Shown: positions 9,113 through 20,740, counted from the first letter of the stretch. The stretch is DNA of 64,000 nt from Myxococcota bacterium (GCA_036149055.1 JAYZQJ010000149.1:27852-91851); one strand, 5' to 3'. Made by a program: numbers and translations. The notes: generated from the sequence alone by a model not told the origin.

Positions 9113-10401
9113 GCCGCCTCCCGGTGCTCCACCTCGAGCGGCAGCGCGTCGAGCAGCGCGCGGTAGCGGGTCAGGAGCTCCTCGCGCGAGTCGGCGCCCA
9201 TGTAGACCGACGCGAGCACGTAGCTGTAGGCGTCCTGGTCGAGCAGGTCGCTCAGCCGGTCGCCTTCGCTCGGGGTCACCTCGATGAACGCGCCGAAGCG
9301 CCGCTCGAGCGCGGCGAGCTCCTCGTCGGTCGGCACCCGCCGCACGACCCCATCGCGCCGCACCCGGTGGAGCAGCTTCGCGGCCATCGCGTGCTCGCCC
9401 GCGCCCGGCTCGAAGCTCGGGGGCGCGCCGAGGGCGACGTCGATGGCGACCTCGTGAATGGACTGCCCGTCGACGAGCATCGCGAGCGGGGCGTGAGACT
9501 GGGAGATGCGCGGGTTGATCTCGATCAGCCGCAGCGCGTCGGTCTCGCGGTCCCAGAAGTACTCGGCGTTGAAGCAGCCGTCGTCGTAGCCGACCTCCTT
9601 CAGCACCGCGGCGGTCATCTCCTCCATGCGCCGATGGATCCGCGCCGGCTGGCTCGACGGCCACTCGAAGCGGGTGAAGACCTCGTCCTCGCGGATCATG
9701 TCCATCGTCGCGTGGAAGGTGACCTCACCCCGGAAGACGCGGCCCTCGTGCGCGATCTCGAAGCCGCCGAGGTACTCCTCCGCCAGGCAGTACTGTCCGC
9801 CGATCGCGCGGAGCTCCTCGCTGACGCCCGCCTCCTTCACCAGCTCGTCGTAGGGGCGCGCGATGCGCGGGATCGCCGCCCGGATCTCGGTCAGCGCGCG
9901 CTCGAAGCCCGCGCGATCCTCGACCCGGAAGCCGAGCTGGGAGCTGAAGGCCTTCACCGGCTTGAGCCAGAAGGGGTACGGCAGCGGCGTGCCCTCGATC
10001 GCGCGGGGATCGAAGGGGTCGACCAGCGCGAAGCGGGGCGTCTCGTCACCGAGCGCCCGCCGCTGGGCGACGCGGCTCCAGTACTTGTGCCCGCACTGCA
10101 CGACCGCGTCCACGCTCGGCGCGCGGCAGCCCCGCTCGTGCGAGAGCATCGGCGCCAGGAGCGTGGTGGGGAAGTCCCAGTGGGCGATGATCGCGTCCAC
10201 GCTCCCGCCGAACGCGTCGAGCTGCGCGCGCGCCTTGTCGACCACGTGCCGCAGCCGCAGCTCCTCGACGTGCACGACGTCGGCGACGTCGAGCAGCGGG
10301 ATGAGGTGAAATCGATCTCCCACCCCGCGCACGGTCTTCAGCTCCTCGAAGTGCAGCTTGGTGGGGGCGATGACGAATACGTTCTTCGGTTCCTCGGTCA
10401 A
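9109..10401 (-). CDS. ATP-grasp domain protein
   Basis: FWLKPVKAFSSQLG, AEEYLGG, FNAEYF, LIEINPRIS; TTG start with GGAGG RBS upstream. Confidence 0.85.
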   Translation of the reverse strand: MTEEPKNVFVIAPTKLHFEELKTVRGVGDRFHLIPLLDVADVVHVEELRLRHVVDKARAQLDAFGGSVDAIIAHWDFPTTLLAPMLSHERGCRAPSVDAVVQCGHKYWSRVAQRRALGDETPRFALVDPFDPRAIEGTPLPYPFWLKPVKAFSSQLGFRVEDRAGFERALTEIRAAIPRIARPYDELVKEAGVSEELRAIGGQYCLAEEYLGGFEIAHEGRVFRGEVTFHATMDMIREDEVFTRFEWPSSQPARIHRRMEEMTAAVLKEVGYDDGCFNAEYFWDRETDALRLIEINPRISQSHAPLAMLVDGQSIHEVAIDVALGAPPSFEPGAGEHAMAAKLLHRVRRDGVVRRVPTDEELAALERRFGAFIEVTPSEGDRLSDLLDQDAYSYVLASVYMGADSREELLTRYRALLDALPLEVEHREAA

Positions 10402-10561
10402 TCTCGTTCCTCCCGTCATCGGGAGGGGCAAAGACCGATCCGTCGCCTCCACCGCGCGGCCACGGAGCGGCGAGCGCGGGGCGAAGGCGAGTCATCAGCG
10501 CCCGGCCGGGCGTTCTGCCACGAGACAGGTCGGCGGCCCGCCGGAGGTCACGATGTGGCGG

Positions 10562-11761
10562 TCATGTCTCTTCGACGAGGCGGTCGATCGCGTCGTGCAT
10601 GTGCAGGATGACCTGCTCGTGGGCGCCGAGACGCGGGCCCTCGAAGCCGGGGGAGCGCATGCCCCGCTGGAGCGCGATGACCTGCGCGAGGTCGTCCTCG
10701 GTGACGCGGCCGGTGCTCGGCTCGTCGGACGGACGCACGTGCGTCGAGACCCGCGGGGTCGGGCGCGCCTCGCCCTCGCGGAGACGCACGAAGGTGAGCT
10801 GATCGAAGCTCGTGCGCTCCGGATCGCGCGGGTGCGGCCGGTGCCGGTGGAGCTGCGCGCTCGTCGGGTACACGTTGAGCGTCTGGCCGGGGAAGAGGTA
10901 CCAGCTGCGCCCGAGGGTGAGCGCCTCGTCGGGCAGGGTCACGCCCTGGGCGCGCAGGCCCTCGCGGATCAGCGCGGGCGCGTTGCGCGCGTCGCCCTCG
11001 AGCCCGGCCGGGTCGGCGCCGCTCTGCTTCACCAGGTCCTCGAGCGCCTCGGTCACCTCGGTCGGCGAGACGTGAGGCCCCGGCCTCCCCACGGTGAAGG
11101 TCTGCTCGGCGTGCAGGCCGTGGAGGGTGGTCCGCACCGTGGTCTCGTCGACGCTGCCGAGCAGGTACGGGTGCACGGCAGGCACGTGGTAGGCCTCGTT
11201 GAAGAGGTCGGCGACCGTCTTCCAGTTGCAGGGCAGCTCGAAGGTCTTCTGGTCGACCAGCGCGTAGGACTCGAGGCCGTAGGGCGCGAGCGCCTCGGTC
11301 GCCGGCGCGAGCCACTCGGCGAGGGACCGGTCGGGCGCCCCGAGGTGGACGAAGACCTGCCCCATCCAGGTGTCGCAGGGCAGCTCGGGCAGCCGGACGT
11401 CGCCTTCGGCCAGGGCGCCGAACGAGGCGCGCTCGGGGATCCGGGCGAGCCCGCCGTCGAGCCGCCACTCCCAGTGATGCAGCGGGCAGCGGAGGGTGGT
11501 GAGCGCGCCCCGCGGGGCGTCGACGAGGCGGCGGCCGCGATGCTGGCAGACGTTGTGGAACGCGCGCAGGGCGCCGCCCGCGTCCCGGATCACCAGGACG
11601 TCGACGTCGCCGCCGAGCCGCACGGTGACGAACTGGCCGGGCCCGGAGACGAGATCGAGCGCGGCCGCGTGCAGCCACGCCCGAGGCCAGAGCCGCGCGC
11701 GCTCGGCGGCGGCCCGGGCGGCGGACAGGTACCGATCCTTCGGGACGAGCCGGGGCTCCAC
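10562..11761 (-). CDS. Rieske aromatic ring-hydroxylating oxygenase, alpha subunit
   Basis: Rieske CQH...CPLH, NWK, mononuclear Fe motif EAYHVPAVH; this is the C-terminal 400 codons of the 1168-aa track ORF. Confidence 0.88.
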   Translation of the reverse strand: MEPRLVPKDRYLSAARAAAERARLWPRAWLHAAALDLVSGPGQFVTVRLGGDVDVLVIRDAGGALRAFHNVCQHRGRRLVDAPRGALTTLRCPLHHWEWRLDGGLARIPERASFGALAEGDVRLPELPCDTWMGQVFVHLGAPDRSLAEWLAPATEALAPYGLESYALVDQKTFELPCNWKTVADLFNEAYHVPAVHPYLLGSVDETTVRTTLHGLHAEQTFTVGRPGPHVSPTEVTEALEDLVKQSGADPAGLEGDARNAPALIREGLRAQGVTLPDEALTLGRSWYLFPGQTLNVYPTSAQLHRHRPHPRDPERTSFDQLTFVRLREGEARPTPRVSTHVRPSDEPSTGRVTEDDLAQVIALQRGMRSPGFEGPRLGAHEQVILHMHDAIDRLVEET

Positions 11762-11778
11762 CCGCGCGACAGTAGCAG

Positions 11779-13392
<1,614 letters not shown>

Positions 13393-13598
13393 GACGGGCG
13401 CGCTCTAGCACGCTCGGCCGGCCGGCGCGGGCGAGCGCTTGCGCGAAGCCGCCAAACCGGTCAGTCCAGCCGCCACGACTGGAGCGCCGCGCGCTCCGGC
13501 GTGGGGCTCGAGGGCGCGCGGGCGGGGGTTGTTGGCTTGGCCTCTCGCTTGCGTGAGCGGGACGAGACCGGCCCAGAACGAGAGCAGGGGGGACGAGG

Positions 13599-14327
13599 AT
13601 GCGAGCTCGAGGAGCGTGGTGGGCGCTGGTCGCCATCGGTTGTGGGGCCGCGCCGGTGGCGCCGACGGAGGTCGCGCAGCGTGAGCCGGCCGTCGAGGCG
13701 GCGCCTTCGAGCATGGAGCCGGAGGCCGTCGAGCACCGCACGATGCGCATCGAGGGCCTCACCGGCAGCCTCCCGCTGCAGGAGGTCCGGCGCACCCTGG
13801 AGCCGCGGAGCCCCGTGTTCGCCGAGTGCTTCATGACCCGCTCGCGGCGCCTCTCGAGCCTCTCGGGCGGCGTGCGCCTCTTCATCCGGGTCGCGGCGGA
13901 CGGCAGCGTCGAGCGCGCCTTCCCCGAGGACTCGACCCTGGGCGACCGCGAGACCGAGCGCTGCCTCACCGACGTCGCGACCGACACCCGCTTCCCGCGC
14001 CCCCGCGGCGGGCCGGCGGAGGTGCGCTGGCCCCTGCACATCGACCCCGCGGGGCGACACCCGGTCACCTGGGACGAGGGCCGGGTCGCGTCGATCGTCG
14101 AGCGCCGGGGCGCCGAGGCGGTGGCGCAGTGCCTCCCGGACGGTCAACACGGCGACTTCCAGGTCACCGCCTACGTGCGCGGGTCGGGCCGGGTGCTCGC
14201 GGCCGGCGTCGCGGTGACCGACGAGAGCCTCGTCGACGCGATCGACTGCGTGCATCACGCGGTGGGCCGCTGGCGCATGCCCACCACGCGGCGGACGGCG
14301 AAGGTCACCTTCACCATCCGCGGCTGA
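13599..14327 (+). CDS. Lipoprotein with AgmX/PglI (TonB-C-like) domain(s)
   Basis: Lipobox-like AIGC; Cys pair with LSGGVRLFIRVAADGSV and FPRPRGG. Confidence 0.65.
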   Translation: MRARGAWWALVAIGCGAAPVAPTEVAQREPAVEAAPSSMEPEAVEHRTMRIEGLTGSLPLQEVRRTLEPRSPVFAECFMTRSRRLSSLSGGVRLFIRVAADGSVERAFPEDSTLGDRETERCLTDVATDTRFPRPRGGPAEVRWPLHIDPAGRHPVTWDEGRVASIVERRGAEAVAQCLPDGQHGDFQVTAYVRGSGRVLAAGVAVTDESLVDAIDCVHHAVGRWRMPTTRRTAKVTFTIRG

Positions 14328-14330
14328 CGG

Positions 14331-15920
14331 TCACGGCGCGATCATCGCGGACACCCGGTCGAGGTGCCGGACGAGCGCGGCCCGCTCGTCGGAGAGGGCG
14401 GCCTGCGCCCGCACGACGCTCTGGATGCCGGCGAGGTGCTCGGGGTCGCCGTAGGCGTTGCCCTTGAGGATCTCGGCGAGCGCCGCCATCGACGACGCCC
14501 AGAGGAAGTCGTCGTCCTCCACGGGGCCGGCGAGCTCCTCGGGCGTGATCGCCGCCCAGGTCTCGTAGGCGGGATCCTCCTCGGCGGCGCCGAGGTCCTT
14601 CCAGCGCACGCGCACCCGGACGAGCTCGTGCGGCTCGACCACCCGCTCGCCCTCGATGGGCTCGCCGGCGGTCACCTCGGGCGCGCCGTCCGGCATCGGG
14701 ACGCTCTGATCGGCGAGCACGACCTCGTAGAGCGCGGTGACCCGCAGCCCGGCGCCGACCTCGCCCGCGTCGACGATGTCATTGGTGAAGTCGTCGTCGG
14801 CGATCGCGCGGTTCTCGTAGCCGAGGAGGCGGTAGGCGAGGACGTGGTCCGGGTTGAACTCCACCTGGAGCTTCATGTCCTGCGCGACGAAGTGCGCGGT
14901 GTGCAGGATGTCCTCCGCGCCGTAGCGCATCGCGTGCTCGCGGCTGGTGATGACGCTGTAGACGCCGTTCCCCGCGTTGCTGACCGCCTCCATCATCGCG
15001 TCGTTCAGGTTGCCGCGACCGAAGCCGAGCGCGGTGAGCGTCACGCCCGTCTGGCGCTTCTCCTCGATGAGCGAGACGAGGTCCGTCGTGTCGCTGATGC
15101 CGATGTTGAAGTCGCCGTCGGTCATCAGGACGACGTGGTTGAAGCCGCCCTCGATGAAACCGGCCTCCGCCTGCTCGTAGGCGAGCTGGATCCCCGGGCC
15201 GCCCGCCGTGCCGCCGCCGGCCGTGAGCCGATCGACGACGCCCTCGATCGCCGCGCGGTCGGAGACGCGGGTGGGGGGCAGCCGCACCGAGGTCTCGCCC
15301 GCGTAGCTCACGATCGAGACCGTGTCGTTCGCGCGGAGCTGCTCGAGCGAGCTGAGCATCACCTGGCGCGCGAGGGGCAGCTTGTCGCTCGCGCTCATGC
15401 TCCCCGAGACGTCGACGAGGAAGACGAGGTGGGTCGGCAGCTGCACGAACTCGGGGGGCGTCGACGCCTGGATGCCGACCCGCAGCTGCATGATGCCGGG
15501 GCGGAACGGGTGCTCGCCGCCGGAGAGGTCGATGGCGAAGGGCACCTCGTCGTCGAAGGCCGGCGCCGGGTAGTCGTAGTCGAACGCGTTGACGTACTCC
15601 TCGAGCCGGACGCTGTCTGGGTGCGGCAGGCGTCCGTCGGTCGCGTCGCGCACGAAGATGTCGTAGCTCGCGGTGTCGACGTCGGCGGCGAAGGTCGAGA
15701 ACGGGTCGTGGTCGGCGTAGACGAACGGGTTGGTGCCGACGCCCTCGTAGCGGTCGCCCGGCTCGGGCTCGTCGGGGGCGGCCGGCGGCGCTCCCCAGGG
15801 CGCGCCCATCGCGGCGCCCGCGTCGGAGCCGGAGCGGCTGTAGTGGTGGGGAGCCCCGTGGTCCGCGCAGCCGGCGGCGAGGAGGACGAGGGGGAGAGCT
15901 CGGACGAGGGTGAGTCGCAT
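14331..15920 (-). CDS. YfbK-like von Willebrand factor A domain lipoprotein
   Basis: LAAGC lipobox, STFAADVDTASY, VRLEEYVN, MIDAS DVSGSM, TDGDFN, YRLLGYENR, DAGEVG. Confidence 0.9.
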   Translation of the reverse strand: MRLTLVRALPLVLLAAGCADHGAPHHYSRSGSDAGAAMGAPWGAPPAAPDEPEPGDRYEGVGTNPFVYADHDPFSTFAADVDTASYDIFVRDATDGRLPHPDSVRLEEYVNAFDYDYPAPAFDDEVPFAIDLSGGEHPFRPGIMQLRVGIQASTPPEFVQLPTHLVFLVDVSGSMSASDKLPLARQVMLSSLEQLRANDTVSIVSYAGETSVRLPPTRVSDRAAIEGVVDRLTAGGGTAGGPGIQLAYEQAEAGFIEGGFNHVVLMTDGDFNIGISDTTDLVSLIEEKRQTGVTLTALGFGRGNLNDAMMEAVSNAGNGVYSVITSREHAMRYGAEDILHTAHFVAQDMKLQVEFNPDHVLAYRLLGYENRAIADDDFTNDIVDAGEVGAGLRVTALYEVVLADQSVPMPDGAPEVTAGEPIEGERVVEPHELVRVRVRWKDLGAAEEDPAYETWAAITPEELAGPVEDDDFLWASSMAALAEILKGNAYGDPEHLAGIQSVVRAQAALSDERAALVRHLDRVSAMIAP

Positions 15921-15932
15921 GCCCCGTCCCCT

Positions 15933-15949
15933 CACAATGCTCGTGCCAG
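15933..15949 (-). promoter_or_regulatory. Candidate sigma54 (-24/-12) promoter for the VWA gene
   Basis: Minus strand CTGGCACGAGCATTGT matches TGGCAC-N5-TTGC with a single mismatch at -12. Confidence 0.5.
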
Positions 15950-16108
15950 CGGAATCGTCGGAACAATTGCCAGGCCTGCTCCGAGCCACACCGTGCCACG
16001 GCACAGCGTGGCATGGGTCGAACCCCGGGCTCTCGGTCCCGCGTTCGAGGGCTGGCAGGTCCCGGTTCGAGTGCATGTACGAGGCGTGCACGACGAGAGG
16101 AGGACCCG

Positions 16109-17623
16109 ATGACATCCGTGCCTGCCCGTGGGACGCCGACCTCGAGCCTCCCGCCCTCGTTCGGTGTCTACCGCCCCTGCCTCGAGCTGGCCTCGGGCGG
16201 GATGGCCACCGTCTACCTCGCGCACGCGGGGGGCGTGGGCTCGGGGACCTTCGCGGCGCTGAAGGTCATCCACCCGCACCTGCTGAGCGACGCGCGCTTC
16301 GCGGAGATGTTCGTCGACGAGGCGGAGATCGCCTCGCGCATCCGTCACCCGAACGTGTGCCGGGTCTTCGACTTCGAGGTGGGGCCGCAGACCGCCTACA
16401 TGTCGATGGAGTACCTGGTGGGGGTGTCGATGGCGAAGCTCCAGCGGAAGCTGGAGTCCGCGAGCGATCGGGACGCGTCCAGGGACGCCCGCATGATCTG
16501 TCGCGCGCTCGCCGACGCCTGCGAGGGCCTGCACGCGGCGCACGAGCTGACCGACGCCGACGGAGTCCCGCTCGACGTGGTGCATCGGGACGTGTCGCCG
16601 GGGAACCTCATGCTCACCTTCGACGGGGTGGCCAAGGTGGTCGACTTCGGCGTCGCCTCCGCGGCGCGCAAACGGCACCGCACCCAGACCGGCATGCTCA
16701 AGGGCAAGTTCGCCTACATCGCGCCGGAGTACCTCCTCGGCCGCAAGGCCGACCGACGCGCCGACGTGTGGGGCGTCGGGGTCATCGCCTGGGAGCTGCT
16801 GACCGGGGCGCGCCTGTTCCGCCGGGACACCGACGCCGACACCCTGCGGGCGGTGATGGACGAGGAGGCGCTGCCGCCGAGCGCCGCCCGGCCGGAGCTG
16901 CCGGAGGAGCTCGACGCGATCCTCGCGCGCGCCCTCGCCCGCGACCCCGCCGAGCGCTACCCGACGGCCCGCGAGCTGGGGCGCGACCTGGCCCGCTTCG
17001 CCAACCGGGAGGAGGTCGTCGTGCACGCCGACCTCGCCGAGTGGCTGCAGGCGCTCTTCCCCGGCGCCCACGCCCGGCAGCGCTTCGAGCTCGAGCGCGC
17101 CGAGCAGGCCGCCGAGGCCTCGGGCGAGCGGCGGCGCCCCTCGAGCCTCCCGCCGCCCGAGATCGAGCCGACCCGGCTGTACGAGCGGGTGACGCTGGCC
17201 TCGCCGCCGCCGCTGCCGACGCCGCCGCTCGACCGTCCGTCCGATCCGGTGGCCCGACCGTCCCGCGCGAGCACGCCGTGGCTGGTGGCCGGCGCGCTGG
17301 TGGTGGGCTGCCTGATGGGCGGGATCACGTCGGTCCTGGCCTCGCGCGCCGCCGCCGTCACGCCGCCCGAGACCCCGGCCCCCGACATCCCGGCGGAGCC
17401 GCCGCCGACGGTCGAGCCGACCGCCCCGCCTCCGCCGACGCCGCGACTCCAGCTGCAGGCGGGCGTGGGCGTCGCGAGCGGCCCGTACGTCATCGAGGTG
17501 GCCGAGGCGGAGGGGGACGCGCTGGTCCTCCGGATCCGCCGGGAGGGGGTCGAGGCGCCCCTCGAGCGCGCGGACGACGGCGTGCTGCGGGTGCGTCGGC
17601 GGGCCCCCGTCACCGCCGAATGA
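16109..17623 (+). CDS. Membrane-anchored Ser/Thr protein kinase
   Basis: GGMATVY, ALK, HRDVSPGN, DFG, GKFAYIAPE; TM helix and Pro-rich tail; GAGGAGG RBS. Confidence 0.93.
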   Translation: MTSVPARGTPTSSLPPSFGVYRPCLELASGGMATVYLAHAGGVGSGTFAALKVIHPHLLSDARFAEMFVDEAEIASRIRHPNVCRVFDFEVGPQTAYMSMEYLVGVSMAKLQRKLESASDRDASRDARMICRALADACEGLHAAHELTDADGVPLDVVHRDVSPGNLMLTFDGVAKVVDFGVASAARKRHRTQTGMLKGKFAYIAPEYLLGRKADRRADVWGVGVIAWELLTGARLFRRDTDADTLRAVMDEEALPPSAARPELPEELDAILARALARDPAERYPTARELGRDLARFANREEVVVHADLAEWLQALFPGAHARQRFELERAEQAAEASGERRRPSSLPPPEIEPTRLYERVTLASPPPLPTPPLDRPSDPVARPSRASTPWLVAGALVVGCLMGGITSVLASRAAAVTPPETPAPDIPAEPPPTVEPTAPPPPTPRLQLQAGVGVASGPYVIEVAEAEGDALVLRIRREGVEAPLERADDGVLRVRRRAPVTAE

Positions 17624-17726
17624 GACAAACACCTACGGACAAGACAGAAATTAGCCGACACGGTCATTCTCCGCTCGTGTAGGATTCGAGACTGCGAATT
17701 CTCACTACTCGATTGGGGGCCCCTCC

Positions 17727-20561
17727 GTGCCGCGATCTCGACCGTCTCTCTCCGTCTGGAGCTCACTGCTCGCCCTCGGGGTCCTCCTCGGGCCGGTGGC
17801 CAGCGCCCACGCCGCCGACCTCCTCTTCGTGAGCGATCGGGCCACCGACACGAACATCGCGGCGGCCCTGATGGCCGACGGCCACGACGTCACCGTGGTG
17901 ACCGGGGACTTCGCCTCCGGCGCGAACCCCACGCTGACGGGGAGCCTCGGCGCCTACGACGCCGTCTTCTGGAGCGCGACCGGCGGGGGCTTCGGCTCGA
18001 CCCACGACGCGGCCACCTTCACCGCCCTCGACGCCTACGTCGCCAGCGGCGGCTACGTCTTCGTGACCGGCTACGACTCGATCGCCTCGCCCACCGACCC
18101 CAACCTCATCGCCTTCCTCGGCGGGAGCGGGTCGCGCGACGTGCCGTCGGCGCCGGGCCCGATCGTCATGGCGGCCAACGCGCTCACGACGGGCATCGTC
18201 GACATCCAAGGCGTCACCCCCACCGGCGCGTCCGGCGACCGCGACGCGCTCACCGGCCTCGGCGCCGACACGGTGAACGTCTGCGCCTCGTCCTCGGTCG
18301 CCGGAGAGGCGCAGTGGAGCCTCCGCACGCCCGCCGGCGGCGGCGGGCTCATCGCCTACGTGTCGAACGGAAATGCCGGCAGCAGCTCCACGCACCCGTC
18401 CTGGACCAACACCGCCTCGGGCGGCGCGGGCGCCTACAACGCGGCGCTGCGCAACTTCGCGTTCTGGGCCTCGAGGGGCAACTTCCTCTTCGTGAGCGAC
18501 GCCAGCTCGGACACCAACGTGCCCGCGGCCCTGACCGCCGACGGCCACACGGTCACCACCGTCACCGGCGACTTCTCGGGCGGCGCGAACCCGACGCTGA
18601 CCGGCGACCTGAGCGCCTACGACGCCGTCTTCTGGAGCGCGACCGGCAACGGCTTCGGCGCCAACCACGACGCGGCCACCTTCACCGCGCTCGACGCCTA
18701 CGTGAGCGCCGGCGGCCGGGTGTTCGTGACCGGCTACGACTCGATCGCGTCGCCGACCGACGCCAACCTCATCGCCTTCCTCGGCGGCTCCGGCTCCCGC
18801 GACGTGCCGGGCGCCCCCGGCGCCGTCATCATGGCGGCGAACGAGCTCAACACCGGCGTGGTGGACATCCGCGGCGTCACCCCCACCGGCGCGGCCGGCG
18901 ACCGCGACGCGCTGACCGGCCTCGGCGCCGACACCACCAACGTCTGCGCGAGCGGCACGGTGGCCGGCGAGGCGCAGTGGAGCCTCCGCACCCTCGGCAT
19001 GGGGCTGGCCGCCTACGTCTCGAACGGCAACCCAGGCACCTCGGCGCATCCGTCGTGGACCAACACGGCGGCGGGCGGCGACGGCGCCTACAACGCGGCG
19101 CTGCGCAACTTCGCGAAGTGGGCCGCGGTGGCCGGCTTCGGCAGCAGCGGGCTGCCCGACGGCGACATGTGCATGGCCGACACCGACTGCGGCAGCGGCT
19201 TCTGCGTGGACGGCGTCTGCTGTGACAGCGCGTGCGGCGCGGGCGCGACCGACGACTGCCAGGCCTGCGCGATCGCGGCCGGCGCGGCGGCGGACGGCGT
19301 CTGCGGCGCGGTCTCGGCCGGCACCGAGTGTCGGGCCTCGGCGGGCGTGTGCGACGCGGCCGAGACCTGCGACGGCGCCGCCCTCACCTGCCCCGCCGAC
19401 GCGTTCGCCGCGGCCGGCACGTCCTGCCGCGCGGCCGCCGGCGCCTGCGACGCGGAGGAGACCTGCGACGGCGCCTCCGCCGCCTGCCCCGCCGACGGCT
19501 TCATCGCCGCCGGCACCGAGTGTCGCGCCGCCGCCGGGCTCTGCGACGCCGCCGAGACCTGCGACGGCGCGACCGCCGCCTGCCCCGCCGACGGCTTCGT
19601 CGCCGCCGGGACCGAGTGTCGCGCGGCCGCCGATCTCTGTGACGCCGCCGAGGCCTGCGACGGAAGCTCCGCCGCCTGCCCGGCGGATGGCCTGGTGGCC
19701 GCGGGCACCGTCTGCCGCATGCCCACCGATCTCTGCGACGCCGCCGAGGCCTGCGACGGGAGCTCCGCCGCCTGCCCGATGGACACGGTGGTGGCCGCGG
19801 GCACGACCTGCCGCCCGGCCGCCGACGTGTGCGACGCCGAGGAGGCCTGCGACGGCGCCTCGGTCGCGTGCCCGGCCGACGGCGCGCTCGCCGCGGGCAC
19901 GGTCTGCCGCATGGCGGCCGACGTCTGCGACGCCGACGAGGCCTGCGACGGAACCTCCATCGCGTGCCCGGCCGACGCCTTCGCGGCGGCGGGGACCGAG
20001 TGCCGCGCCTCCACCGGCTCCTGCGACCCCGCGGAGAGCTGCGACGGGGCCTCGGCGGGCTGCCCGATGGACGCGCTCGCCGCGGACGGCGAGGCCTGCG
20101 ACGACGGCATGAGCTGCGTCGAGGGCGAGGTCTGCGCGGCCGGCGCCTGCACCGGCGGCGAGGCCACCGACTGCGACGACGGTGACGTGTGCACCGCCGA
20201 CATGTGCGCCGAGCCCGACGGCTGCTCGAACGAGCCGATCGCGGGCTGCTGCGTGGCCGACGTCGACTGCGACGACGGCGACGAGTGCACCACCGACAGC
20301 TGCGGCGGGGACAACACCTGCGCCAACGACCCGATCCCGGGCTGCGGCGCGACCGACGCGGGCACCGACGACGACGGCGGCACGACCGACGGCGACGGCG
20401 GGGTCGGCGGCGGCGACGGCGGGACCACGCCGCCCACCACCGGCGACGGCTGCAGCTGCGCGGTGCCGGGCTCCCGCTCGGCGAGCGTCGGCGAGACGCC
20501 GGCCCTCCTCGGCCTGCTGCTCCTCGGCTTCGTCCTGCTCGGTCGGCGCCGCCGGCGCTGA
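17727..20561 (+). CDS. MYXO-CTERM surface protein with a duplicated N-terminal domain and disintegrin-like repeats
   Basis: Signal peptide AHA; two ~220-aa homologous domains; 8 x 32-aa Cys repeats; C-terminal GCSCAVPG, TM helix, RRRRR. Confidence 0.88.
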   Translation: MPRSRPSLSVWSSLLALGVLLGPVASAHAADLLFVSDRATDTNIAAALMADGHDVTVVTGDFASGANPTLTGSLGAYDAVFWSATGGGFGSTHDAATFTALDAYVASGGYVFVTGYDSIASPTDPNLIAFLGGSGSRDVPSAPGPIVMAANALTTGIVDIQGVTPTGASGDRDALTGLGADTVNVCASSSVAGEAQWSLRTPAGGGGLIAYVSNGNAGSSSTHPSWTNTASGGAGAYNAALRNFAFWASRGNFLFVSDASSDTNVPAALTADGHTVTTVTGDFSGGANPTLTGDLSAYDAVFWSATGNGFGANHDAATFTALDAYVSAGGRVFVTGYDSIASPTDANLIAFLGGSGSRDVPGAPGAVIMAANELNTGVVDIRGVTPTGAAGDRDALTGLGADTTNVCASGTVAGEAQWSLRTLGMGLAAYVSNGNPGTSAHPSWTNTAAGGDGAYNAALRNFAKWAAVAGFGSSGLPDGDMCMADTDCGSGFCVDGVCCDSACGAGATDDCQACAIAAGAAADGVCGAVSAGTECRASAGVCDAAETCDGAALTCPADAFAAAGTSCRAAAGACDAEETCDGASAACPADGFIAAGTECRAAAGLCDAAETCDGATAACPADGFVAAGTECRAAADLCDAAEACDGSSAACPADGLVAAGTVCRMPTDLCDAAEACDGSSAACPMDTVVAAGTTCRPAADVCDAEEACDGASVACPADGALAAGTVCRMAADVCDADEACDGTSIACPADAFAAAGTECRASTGSCDPAESCDGASAGCPMDALAADGEACDDGMSCVEGEVCAAGACTGGEATDCDDGDVCTADMCAEPDGCSNEPIAGCCVADVDCDDGDECTTDSCGGDNTCANDPIPGCGATDAGTDDDGGTTDGDGGVGGGDGGTTPPTTGDGCSCAVPGSRSASVGETPALLGLLLLGFVLLGRRRRR
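19320..20087 (+). repeat. 8 x 96-bp coding tandem repeat (GTxCRxxxxxCDxxExCDGxxxxCPxD)
   Basis: Units start at 19320, 19416 and onward with a 96-bp period. Confidence 0.9.
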
Positions 20562-20582
20562 CCCGAGATCCGCTCCCGGATG

Positions 20583-20620
20583 GAGGCCCGCGGCGCTCGC
20601 GTCGCGGGCCTCTCCCTTTC
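20583..20620 (+). terminator. Probable intrinsic terminator
   Basis: GAGGCCCGCG...CGCGGGCCTC stem followed by TCCCTTTC, 22 nt after the stop codon. Confidence 0.55.
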
Positions 20621-20740
20621 CGTCGGGAATTTGACCGTCAGAAACCCACGGGCTACCGGAAGGGGTCGGCACCCCCCGGACGTTCAGCCGGGACGGGTGT
20701 GCAGGATCCCCGGGGGACCGGGTTTCGGACGGAGCGCGAG

